This document shows positions 41,087 through 53,244 of a DNA stretch of 64,000 nt, in pieces. The position numbers and the translations under genes were made by a program. The DNA lies in the NCBI RefSeq assembly GCF_009914755.1, contig NC_060937.1; one strand, given 5' to 3'. Origin of the DNA: the human T2T-CHM13v2.0 reference genome, Homo sapiens. The number at the start of each line of letters is the position of its first letter. Positions within the stretch are counted from its first letter, which is position 1. The notes beneath the pieces are model-generated. The model saw nothing but the letters and a program-made list of their open reading frames with translations, was not told where the DNA came from and made no database searches.

Positions 41087-44000
41087 TACTCTGGAGCATA
41101 TTCAAGAAAGTAAGTCCTATGAGTTTGAAAAGAAATTAGAGTTTAAAAGATTTCTTGTGACTAATAATTGACTTAGTGCTAGTTCTGACTATGCGTACAC
41201 ATTAAACATGTATATATCCAATAGAGCTTAGTTAATCAGAGAAGAGATTAGCTGCTTTTTAACTTAAAGAATGTGGCTACAATAACCACCAAAAAGGTTT
41301 TAACATTTTTATTTAAAATTAGTTTGAATTTAAGAAAGTAGAATACCTTGGATACATTTAGCATCATCTTTCTAAAATCTAAATATTTTTATATTCTACC
41401 AAATAGTTTTCTTTCATGTACAAAGTATAGTGATATTTAGTCTTTGAAAATTGTTCAATGGATTTAATGTAAAATCATAAAACATTCATAGAATGTATGA
41501 CTGAGTAGGCACTTACAAGTTATACATTGACATTCATATATAGGGCAATAAGGAATATTTGAACTTTAATTAATGTATTTTCATGTTTATAATCAGGTCC
41601 TCATTCACCACTTTTGGATGTCATGTGGAGATATGACACTTATTCAAAAGCGTAAGAATTTTTTTTAAAGTATGGCATGTATCTGGTGCCCCAAATAGTT
41701 TCTTTACAATTATTTGATGTAAGAGTTTTACATTTTAGTTGTGTGTATAATTGTTCCCATTAAGACTTTGTTATGTAATTATGCAGTCTAAAATCAACAG
41801 AGAAACATTTAATATTAGCAAACAAATCATCAGTACTAGAACATAAGATTATAATAAATATGCCTGTTTAATGAAACTTTAGGTGTGATCTTTTCTTCTC
41901 CTGATTTTCTCTGGTAATATTTTCTTAAATTAGATGTGGTTGTAACCATGAACTCCCCTTTCATTTATGATGATTATTTTGACTTCTCTTTATACAAGTA
42001 AATATGCTTTTTATGTTATATTTATAATTTAGGTTGCCAAATTTATATTCCAATATATAGTTTCTCAAAGTGAGTCCTCACCACGGCCCCATTCCTCCGC
42101 ACTTGCAGATTTCCCCTTGCTCACACTTTATTCTCTTATGCTTTCTTTGACTTTGTCAGCAACTCTCTCAGTAGCTCTGAGTTCTTCTTCTGCATGCTTC
42201 AAAGGGAGATATTCTTTTTCAGGTTGAAATACATATTTTTGTCAATGCACCTGGCTGAACATATGATTTTTTTATACTGTAAGCATTCTTCATAGAATAA
42301 AAATATTATACATATAATTTAAAAGTATAATAGACGAATAAATAGTTGTGTGTGCACACATTTATTTTCATCAATTCATTCTGAGGATGAGGCAAATAAT
42401 TACTTTTATTCAAACTAAATAATTCTGTTACATAAATGTATAATTAAACCTATGTTTGTGATTTCAGGTACATTTTAGATATTATTAATGATTCATTTTT
42501 TCCATCCAAAATTAGCATATCTTTCCTTTGTAATATGAATCTAAATAAGTGCTAATGACCACTTGAGTGATGGATTTTTTCCTGAGGTGATTACCAAAAC
42601 TGTTAACTCAGTACGTAATAACTTCAAAAAGTTGTTTACAAGAGCTATTTTATTTAATGAGAACTGAATGTAGTATTAAAATATATACACAAATAGAACA
42701 AATCATAAATATCTTTTCAACGCCATCATTCAATAGAAACCATTCATTAGTGATATTTTTTTTCAAATACTTTTTATGTTTTTATGTATAACTTTTCCCA
42801 ACGAGATCTCTGCTGGTGGGGACAATAGCTACATCACTTTCTGTAGTATCTTTTTCTCCAGATTTAATTCTTGCATCTTAAGTAAGGCCGTAAAATTCCA
42901 GCTACATAAAGTGGTCATGTGCTCATCAAATGGAGATTTTTATTAGATTTCTTGGGTGTTGGGAGAAAGTGAGACATCAGAATCATTGAGAAACTCTAAA
43001 GTATATTTTAAAATACTGTTATCTCTGAAATTTTTTATTTTAATACAGTAACATTCATTACTAGAATGTTTATGCTATACCACATATATCATCTCTCAAA
43101 ACTTACCACAACTGGTGTACACAGGTATATATGAACTGAAGTTGTTGGTAGATTCTTTTGTAATAGTTTCTAAATATTTGAGCAAATACCTGGCAAAAAT
43201 AATATTTGTACCAGTAGGGACCCAAGTGTTGCAGTTCTATGATAAACTCATTGGATTTGTGGAGACAAGGTACATTCTGGTAATAATGAAAATCAACAAG
43301 TAATATATGTTGATTAACTCTTTGGAATCCAGAGGACTACTCATATGTGTTTCCTATAATATGTTACAGTTTCAAATAACCAAGGTTAACCATAAAAGTT
43401 CTGAAAGAAAAGACACAGAAGAAAAGTACAAAAGAGAAAAGAGCAAAGGCAAACATGATTTTTATAAGCAGCACTTACAAGTATTGAACTGTAGGCTTAA
43501 TAATGAAGCCTCATCTATATTTAAAAGTTACTGTCTACTTGGCTACTGCTGTCTGTTCTGTTCAGCCTTCAGCTAAACAGCAAATGAAGTGTCCACATGA
43601 CAGACTATTCAGCAGGACTGGCACTCTGATGATTTATTTAACATTTTTATTTATTTATCAGTTTTGCCAGATGAATCAACATGTTTTTCATACATTATCT
43701 TAATAGACTTGATGATGCAAAGACAATATTATACAATATCATGTGTGGCTTGAATGACTGTACTTTTTTTTTCTATAATTTCTAGTGTCGGATAGTAAGA
43801 CTTCATACACCATGTGCTAGGGACATTTGTTTTTTCCTGGCTCTAATAGTAACACTGGCCGAGTTTACTTTTTCAAGCACAACTCATTATTCTGAGAACA
43901 GGGACACTTGCCTCCTCAAGAGTCTACTAGATTTGCAGGATCTAAAATGCAGTTTGGGGTAGTGACATAGAAATCATGGGGCTCCCCTCGCCATTCCATG

Positions 44001-44558
44001 GGGCTCCCCTCAGCATTCTTGCAGGCAGCTCTTTTAGCTATTAGTGGTCCTTAGGATTAAAGTTTGTAGGGTAGAAGGCTCTCATCTACTCACTTATTTT
44101 TTTTCCCCATGCAAAACCAGAATGAGGACAGGCAGAGGGAACAAATGGCTGGTTCACTGCCTTGGGCACAGAAAGTCACAATTTTTGTGCTTCTATCAGT
44201 GCTAAGGAAAATGCACACATCTCCCTCCTGAATACATGTAGAATTTCTAATGTCATTATAGTGAGTACTTTTAACCATGCCTCCTGTGTGTAGGCATAGT
44301 TCTAGGCACCACGAATGCAACACTGAACAAAGCTTCTCATGAATCCTCCATTCCAATAGGAGAAGCTCATAGGTAGATTAGATAACAATAAGTGCTTTGG
44401 AAAATACGATGAAGGGAATAGTACCGAGATTTTTGGAGTAAACCTGTATGCTTCTACAGGGAGTTAGGATGATAATAGGTCTTATTTTTTGTCTCACTGA
44501 ACTAGTATTCCAGCACTGTAATAATAGGAAAGCATAATCAATAATTTCCACTAGGCAT

Positions 44559-44708
44559 ATTGTTGCCAGACACAATAGAATGCCTAGTTAAGTTTGAATT
44601 TCAGACAAACAATAAATATTGCTTTAGTACGTCTCTCCTAAATCATTAGTACATCTGTCCTAAATCATTTATGCCCTACATTTTTATTTGCTAAAACTGG
44701 CAATCCCA
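44559..44708. mobile_element. MER53 hAT MITE, internally deleted or rearranged
   Basis: GTTGCCAGA...AGTTAAGTTTGAATTTCAGACAAACAA...TTTTTATTTGCTAAAACTGGCAATCC. Confidence 0.75.
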
Positions 44709-45149
44709 ACTGCTAAAACTGGCATTTTTTTTTCAGGTAGTCCTCCTAGATTGAGTAGCAGGAATTCTCTTTTACTTGAAGCTTAAGTGTTAATACCAAA
44801 ACCATCTAAACATTGCATAAGCAAATGTTAAAAGGAAATCTGAGCCACTGTATTATTGTGGGTTACCACCTGCACATTTATGTTCAAGTCATCTGTGATA
44901 CTAGATGGTGGTAATCCTTCTGTGTTTTGTGATTCAAAAATAAAGTTATTTAATTAATGGCTAATCGGAGATTTCTGAATCTACTTATATTCAAAATAGT
45001 CCAAAATTGACTGGCTTTCAGAGGTTCTATTAAAATACCAAAAATTCTCACTAAAATACTATTTCCTAAATATAAAAATATTAAGATTAAAAATAAAACA
45101 TTAGCTAAGGCAGTGACTTGTGAAGGCTGTTAAGTAAGTTGTTTAAAAC

Positions 45150-45350
45150 TTAAATTCAAGACCCTTTCTTCCACTCATCAGCACTGTGACCTTGAAACAA
45201 TTATTCTCAAATTCAAGCTTCAGTTTTTTCATGTGAAAATGATATGTACTTAATTGATAAGTATGAGAATGCAATGATTTTAGCAAAGAAAAAAGTATAA
45301 AACTGCCTAGTACATTGTAAGTGCTTAATAAATGGTAATATTATTATTAA
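45150..45350 (+). mobile_element. MIR
   Basis: CTGTGACCTTG...CTTCAGTTTTTTCATGTGAAAATG...GTAAGTGCTTAATAAATGGTAATATTATTATT. Confidence 0.7.
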
Positions 45351-47924
45351 CGTCCAAACTCTTACAAATTATGTAGTGACTTCTACTTTTCTATCATTAA
45401 ACATGTTGTGGTAATTACAGTCTTCTGAGTAAAACATTATAGAGCCCCTACAATATGAACTACTCATAGTAAAGGCAAAATAAAGCCTTCTAGGGCAAAA
45501 ATTACTACAATATCCCAAAGTTAGTATTAATTTCTCTCCTTCTGTAATTAGTTATGTTACATAAATATATTTGATTAACATCTTATACACCCATATTTCT
45601 GTATTCTCATAGTACCAATGAATTAGTCTCAAATGTTATTTGATTGTATTGGTTACAGAAAAATAAATCCAAGATCTAAACATCTGCTAAATAGAACACT
45701 GTGCAGAGTGTTGGCTACAGTAAAGTGGTAAATTTTTCAAATGAATGCATGTTTAAATTATAATGAAAATAACTGAGGAAGGAAAGAAATGAATCATTCT
45801 GTGACTGTTTCATAATTTATCTAATTATTATGTGACTACACATTTTATATATAATCATCTCTTCCATAGAAAGAAAAAAAGTGAAGAGATGTGAATGAAA
45901 TATAGCAGATTGCAAAAAAAGGTTTTTCAAACACACTGTAACATGGGAAGCAACTGAGTAAAAATTTTCCACATGTATTTAGTAAATAAATGGAAAAATA
46001 TATTAATTAATCAATGAATGAATAAAAAAGAAATATTCTTCTATGGGAAAAACCAGGATCAGAAGGTATTTTACAACTGTATTTTGTGGAATACTTGTCT
46101 TTTAAAACACAAGAGAGATATATGTGTTTGTGTGTGTGTGTGTGTGTATATAGGTATATACAGTTCAGTAAAACTCTAAGTTACAGGTCTGTGATAGCTG
46201 ATTATAAAGAGTTTACACATTATCATAGATTTAAGATTATACTTTCAATTTATTGTGTAATTTCTATAAGCTGGTCTGATTGCCTAGAATAAACATTCTA
46301 AAGTCTAAAACTTCAAGGAGATTATACTGATTTTTTAAAAATAATTACAAAGTTTCACATACTTATGTTCACACACATTTCTTCTAAATAAACCATTGGA
46401 AGGTGAAAACAATTTTATTATTAAGAAAGTTTCTTAGTTTGGTTTTATATTGGTATAAAGAGGCAGCATTATAGTTAACATTTTGTTCCAGATGCTTGGA
46501 ATAAGAGGACAAGTCGCATCATTCACTCAAACCTCCAATTCCCCAAACTAATAGTGCTAGGAAAGAGGCAAAGGGAATAGACAGAGTTTGAACCTCACCC
46601 TAAAGGCTAATAGAAGATGGCTCTATCAAACTCCTCCAAGCAGGAGACACCCTGAGCAACACTCAGCCCCAAATTCAAACCTAGGAGCTCTTTAGGCAAA
46701 AAGACCTCCGTATCACCACAGGACGAAAAAAAATAATAATAATAAAGAGAGAGAGCAACAGTTCTTAATATAGCTGGGAAATATATTTAAAATGTTTTGC
46801 ATCAAAATTAGCATCTTGAATTGTAAGAAGAAAAATGTATTTGTTAGTGCAGAAAACAGAGAGAAGATGGTATTTATCTAATACAGCCTTGAATTGCAGC
46901 AAAGACTTTAGCTAAGGGACCTCACACGGTCTCCTTTACTGTCTCATTTTCATTCTAGGGAGACCCCAACTTGGCATGTATTAAGTGAGATCTTCAAATG
47001 GGTGTCAGGAATGCTGTTGAGTGCAAACTTTAGAGGATAATCATATTGTAGCATGTAATGCTATACATGGAGAAAGGAAACACTCAATAGCTATATAAAT
47101 TAGCTGTTTATATAATCCAGTGAAAAAGAAGTAAATGACACACAATAAGATTTCTCCTAATGACCAGGAATGTCTATCTGCCTGCAGTTAATTTGGAAGA
47201 CAAAAATGACATATAGAAAATAAAAAATATGCTCCAAACAAAATAGAAAATTGATTTATGTATCAACAGCATTTTAATACAATATAAAGTAAGTTAATAT
47301 AAATATATTTCTTTTTGCTAACTTAAAATGTTTTATAACAAAAATTAATATTTTATTACATGGTTATCTCCTCGTAGAACTTTTATTTTACTACAGGTTA
47401 CCACTATTATAACTCAAATGTCTACTACTGTAACTTAAATTAGTAATTTGTGAATAGCTATCATGTGAAGATAAATGTAACAGAAAACAGAGGCAGGATT
47501 TTAGTTTTGAAAATTCTTTATGAAAATTTATACTTTATATATGCATTTGGCATATATAAAGCAGATTTTTTTGAATAACTGTCTGTTTTCAGAATTTTAA
47601 CACTGTTTATTCAATACCACCTAAACTGCCTTAATTCTGTACATGTCTTTTTTCTGATTTTATATTTTAATAATTTGAAAAATTATTAAAGGTATTTAAT
47701 TTTGAGAACAAAAAAGTAAATCAAATATCTGAACAGTCAAACATTCATATATTCATAAAATATTCATAAAATATAAATGCTAGTACTTCATTCATAAAAA
47801 TATACACAAGTCTTTTTCCAAATTTTCTCTTCAGCTTATCAACTCAAATTTGATTAGAAGCAACATGTTAGAAGGACTAGGTCTGAGAACACTGATACCA
47901 GTAAGGAGAAATAGCATTTCCTTC

Positions 47925-48051
47925 TTTTTTTTTTTTTTTTTTTTTGAGACGGAGTCTCGCTCTGTCGCCCAGGCTGGAGTGCAGTGGCGAGATCTCGGCT
48001 CACTGCAAGCTCCGCCTCCCGGGTTCACGCCATTCTCCTGCCTCAGCCTCC
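47925..48051 (-). mobile_element. Young, heavily 5'-truncated AluY
   Basis: Pure T21 followed by 106 bp with AluY diagnostics (CACTGCAAGCTCC, GGGTTCACGCCATTCTCC) and 8 retained CpGs. TCCTTCTT occurs at both junctions. Confidence 0.92.
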
Positions 48052-48059
48052 TTCTTATT

Positions 48060-48350
48060 TAATAACAATAGTACTGGCATTTTTGAGCTCTTGTTATCTA
48101 CCAGATCTTGTTCATCATGCTTTGCTTATATTATTACTAATGCATCAAATATCCACACGCTAAGATATTTATATTATTATCTTAGAAAGAGAGAGAACAG
48201 GGGTAAGGGGGAAAAAAGAGAGAGAGCAACAGAGCAAAGGAGAATGAGACAGAGAGAGAAAGAGAGAGAGAGAGAGCATTTAGACTTCACAGCCTAACTT
48301 GAAAGTACAGGGCCAGTGTCAACTTCAATTTGCTTGATTCTGAAGCTTGT
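48060..48350 (-). mobile_element. MIR relic with an internal (GA)n-rich tract
   Basis: AATAACAATAGTACTGGCATTTTTGAGCTCTT...TGCTTTGCTTATATTATT; GA-rich tract about 48185-48275. Confidence 0.5.
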
Positions 48351-50252
48351 GTTCCTAGGGCCCTGCAGATCATAAAATACCTTCATACTTTATACCCTTT
48401 TGAACAATAAATGAACTAAAGCACCAAAAAGCCTTCTGATTGTGCTAGCAAGATATAAAATTGATAGAATATAGGCCAATTTCTCTTTCCTCTTTATTAT
48501 GCTGCTTGTCGCTTATGTCAAGATTTTACTGCCTGTGGAGTATTGGTATTTCTGGCTCAAAATACCTGAACTTCTTATTTTAAATCATAATCTTCTACTA
48601 CACAATCGTTATGACTTAGGAGAGATTACTGAAGAGTTACTGTTAGGTATTCTGTAGCTATTTCTTAAGCAGCTTAAATCGGAACACAACATCCTCTTCT
48701 AAATGAAGCACCTTCTTTCATGTTACGTAAAAATATTTTTTTCCTAATAAAGAGAGGCTTTGAAAAACATTCTAATGAAGCACCACTCCTCCTGTGACAG
48801 GATGATACCTTTTTTTAAGTCTGTGCTTGTTTTGTGGTACCTCTACATCTGTTTTTGGTCTGGATAGTTTCACAATTGTCAGACTGTGCATAGTCTAAGA
48901 CTCCATCTTATAAAACATAAAAGATAATGTACTCCCTTTCTTGACTGAAGCAGTTTCCTTTTTCATTCATTGAAAAATTTAAAAGCTAGTTCAAGTTTTC
49001 TTACATTATTCTTAATGTGAAAAAGGTTTTCAGTAGAATGTTCAGGCACGATAAAATACCCATTAATGTCAAAACACAAAAACATGAAAAAATAATCAAT
49101 GAAACCAATGCCTGAACTTTAGGAAATTAATGCTTTAATTCTTTCCTTTCATTGAGCACTTGAATAAAAATTATTTTATTTTTAATCATACATTTCATTC
49201 ACAGAGACTAACTGGCAAATTCACCCAAAATATAGCATATTACATTTTTGCAGATTTGACTTGCAGTCAAATTATGACTAATTACAAAGAAATTAAGAAG
49301 TTTCTGGCTAATTAGAAGAAATAAGTTTGTAAAGGTCTAAAATTCAAATAAAGATTGGGAGTCTGGAATATCATAGGATTTTTATTAATATTTCTTATAT
49401 GTAACCCAAAGCTCACCACTAAACCTACTTGAGATGATTGGGTTGATCCTACAGAAATACCAAAATCCCTCCATGTCACTATTCAAAGCTGTTTTTCAGC
49501 TAAATCTATGTCACTCTGCAAACAACTAGTGCTAAATCACGTGATTTTTAGAAAACAATTGACTATATAAGTAAAGTAAAATGCAGTTAAGATTAGCTTG
49601 ATGATTCAAGATACACTAAAGGAATACTTATCTTTCTTCAACTAGTTAACAAGAAATTTGAATATAGGGAAGACTGGTCTAATATTTCTTTCCTTGTTTG
49701 TTGTGAGGACGGAATTGAAGCCAAAGAGTGTGCTTAGCTAATTGTCATTTGACTTCAATTTTCATAATAACAGCTAACATAATTGAAGACTTATTATTAA
49801 CCTAGAACTATTCTAAGTGGGTTACATGTGTTAACCCATTGCAATCTGTATGACAAGTCAGAGTTACCTGCCTAAGGTTATGTAGCTGGCAAATAGAAGA
49901 GGCATTATTTGTACTCTCTACAGCAGTTCACCACTACATACACTTTTCTTCAGTCTCTTACTTAAGATGTGTTAAAAGTGTATTTTATGGATTCTCCATG
50001 GATATATTTGCTGGGATATTTAAACTAAGTTTTAGAAACAAATTTAGTCTCAATATCTCCCTCTCCTAACCTCATTCAATGTTAACAAAGGACCTTAAGG
50101 AGTGGTTTAATCCTGAATCTGTGTGTTAGATCATGAAAGCAAAGGAAATATGTGAAAGTCAATGAATGCATAAGGAATCTTAAAATGTGATGTGCCAAAA
50201 GGACCACTAAACAACAAACCAAATAATGCATCAAAAATTTTAATCAGAAACT

Positions 50253-50330
50253 CTATTTGCAACAACTAGTGAAAGACCAACTATTTGCAATAATCAGTGA
50301 AAGACCAAACAACAATCAGTGAAAGACCAA
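50253..50330. repeat. Short tandem repeat, 28/28/22-bp units ending AGTGAAAGACCAA
   Basis: CTATTTGCAACAACTAGTGAAAGACCAA / CTATTTGCAATAATCAGTGAAAGACCAA / ACAACAATCAGTGAAAGACCAA. Confidence 0.88.
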
Positions 50331-50598
50331 TGGTGATCAAAGTCACCATTCCATGATAGAGCAATGCATTTACAGTGTTAAATATATAAGCAAACTGAAA
50401 TTCTAATGTTGTAATGTGGTTGTTTCCTGGACTTGCAAATAACTATAATATAAATTGTAAAGTTGCCAGATAAAATACAGTAAGACCAGTTAAATTTGAA
50501 TTTCAGAGTAATGACGAATAATATTAAAATATTGCAATATTTAGAGCATGCTTAGACTGAAAACATTTAATTGTTTATCTGAAATTTAAATTTAACTG

Positions 50599-50926
50599 TG
50601 AGACAGCCAGGTTGGAGGGGATCCCTGAAGAAACTCAACCAGCCTGCCCACTGAAGGGGAGCCTGGGGAAGTTCATGAGGTTTACAGCGGGCAGGAGCCT
50701 GGCCTCTCCTTTTCCTGTGTGGAATCTAGGATTTGAATGGCTGGGTGGGAAACACTCTAGCAGGGACTCTGGCCTGTTGAGAGTCCATGTTTCTGCTTTT
50801 TTTTTTCCTTTTCACCCAATAACACCCTGTGTTACTCACCATTAAAATTGTCTGTGAGCCTGAATTTTCATGGCCTTGAGACAAAGTACCCCATCTTTAG
50901 TTGAACTAAGGAAAAGTCCTGCAACA
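50599..50926 (+). mobile_element. MER61 5' LTR
   Basis: TGAGACAGCCAGG...GGAAGTTCATG...AGGAGCCTGGCCTCTCC...CCCAATAA...GGAAAAGTCCTGCAACA. Confidence 0.88.
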
Positions 50927-52654
50927 TTTTTGGCATGCAAAGTGGGGGCTCAATAAGTGGTGAGTGAAATGGGGACTCAAAATCTCTCACTGTTGCTTCT
51001 AAGCCTTTTCATCCTCAGACTTCTGAGGGTGGGGGAAACCATGCCTCCACCCCAGTCGCTCCTGGGCCTTTTCATGGCATTTTCTTTTTTGGGAGAGACC
51101 TGCAAGCAGCGGCTCCCCTCCACTTCCACTCCCTGCCAGGCCTGGGATGCTTGGTCGAAGAGTGCAGCAGAGCCGGCTGTTTGGAACCAGCCATTCGCCA
51201 CTGCTGCAGACTTCGCCGTCCCTGGCTAAGGGGTTTAACTTTTTAGACTGTAATAAGCTTAAACTTATCTCCCTGGTGAAGGAACCACTTGCATGAGAAT
51301 AAGAGGTTCTTCCCTAGGCATTTTTAAACCTTTTGTCTTGCCTCTTCTCCACCCAGTCAGCAATTAACCTTTAAAGTCTCTTTTTCCCTTTATTAGGCTA
51401 GGCCCCTCAACTGTCACTGTTTATATTTTCTGTAAAGCTTTAATTGTGAGAAAGGATTTGTGGGGCTAGTCTTGAGCTGTGGCCAATCTGGTGTGCTTTG
51501 CATGTCTGTATGGTTTGTGTGGCAAGCCTCCATCTTGCTTTACACTCTGGGGCCATGGCCAGTAACCACTTGGCAAAGCTTTGTTTAGCAATCCTGCCTT
51601 AGGGGATGAGCCCTCTCAGGTTAGATATCTGCATGTTCTCCTAGCCCTGTCTCTTCAAGGGTTCCACCCAGCGACTGGGTTTTCTTCTGCCTGTCTGTGT
51701 GTGTACTGTGTGCGATGTCTGTAAAAAGAGCTCTAATTAATTTGGCCTAAATAAAGACAAGCACTGGGATCAAATACTTTTTTTAAGGGAAGGTAAAAGC
51801 TGTGGTATCTTTTAGTTCACATGACTTTAATATTTAAGAAATAAAAACAACCCTAAAGACTATTAGTAAAATGCAGGTCAGATGCAAGTTTTGCTAAGTG
51901 TTTTAAGGTTACAAACTGCTTTTTAGGTTTTGAGAACTATTTGACTTGCAGGCTTCACAATTGGTAAGGCCGGGAGACATGTGGAAGTAACCACACCGTA
52001 ACTAAGAAGGCCAACCTTAGCTACACTTAGCACACAATTAAAGCAACCTACCAAATTTTACCTTAAAGTTAAAAATTGCTAGGAGTTAATTTAAACTACT
52101 GGAAACAGATTTACATGTAAGGGAGTAAGAACAGTAAAATGTGCTTTTTAGTAAAAGGTTATAAGAAGGCATGGAAATGTAAACTTTGGCCTAGGGTTAA
52201 AGGATTGTTTTTTGAGTTAAATTAGGAAAAAGCTGAAGGTTCAAGTAAGTGGTGGAAGAATTGTGGAAATTAATCTTGCAGAAGAGGTTCTCTGTGTGAA
52301 CATATTGACTAAATTCAAAAAAGGGTATTTATGGTTTTTCTTTAAATTGAGCATTGAAATAAAAGCATAACAAGGTTTTCCTAAGGTACTAATCTGCTCT
52401 TTGGTAAAATTTATAAAGGATTATAAAAGGTTTTTGCTTCTTTAAAATTTCTGAGTCATTTTGGCAAAATAAATAACTTATGGTAATCTGGAATTCTGTT
52501 TCATAATATCAAGTGTTTTAACACTCGAACATTTAACAGCCTTCTGAAAAATCAAACTTCAGTTTTAAAATTGTCTTCCCCGGAAGCAGGCTTTTCGAAT
52601 ACTTCAGAGGGCCCCTGAAGTGTCCAGAAAAGAGAGGATTATTTGACATGCTTA

Positions 52655-53244
52655 TGTTAGAAATGCTTGTTCCCTGGTGCCATAAAGAAATAGCACTTGA
52701 ACATAAATTTTATTTCCTCAGCAAGGCCATTTTTACTTTCTGCAGAAAGGGTACACTCGCCAGCAGTTTTGCCATGAGAGTACATTGAACAAAAGAGACA
52801 GGGTCATTTATAACCTGACGCGTCCACCCTACTGGCTGTGTCTGGTTTCCATTGGCTGGAATGGGACCTCACATTTTGTATTTGTCCCGATTGGCTAGCA
52901 ACTTAGAACTTTTTAAAAGAGGCAAAGGCAGAGGAGAACAAAGGAAGGAGGAAGTACCTTGTGGAATTCTGAGAAAGGTAAAAACACTTTCAAATAAGGA
53001 AGAGGAACAGACTATGACCTAATGCTTGCTTGGACCAGTATAAGCATGCCAGGGCAAATATTTAGGCTAAATTGTGGGCGCTAAGAACATAAAGTACCTT
53101 GATTTCTTTATTATGGCTAGAAGATATTTAATAATGTTAGCACAGGTCTTTGAATAAATTTTGCTTCTAAGAGAAGTTACTATGTATTCCTAACTACATG
53201 GGGAGGAAAGTCTTTGAAGAGGAACCTCTACTTTACTTTTTACA
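52655..53244 (-). mobile_element. LTR10C solo LTR nested in the MER61 interior
   Basis: Reverse complement begins TGTAAAAAGTAAAGTAGAGGTTCCTCTTCAAAGACTTTCCTCCCCAT. 590 bp. TSD CTTA at 52651-52654 and 53245-53248. Confidence 0.88.

Noticed and set aside
42840-42890. Possible 20-nt micro-exon (TCTTTTTCTCCAG...TAA/GTAAGG)
   Set aside because: Splice-like motifs occur often by chance. It is not frame-preserving and there is no supporting exon chain.
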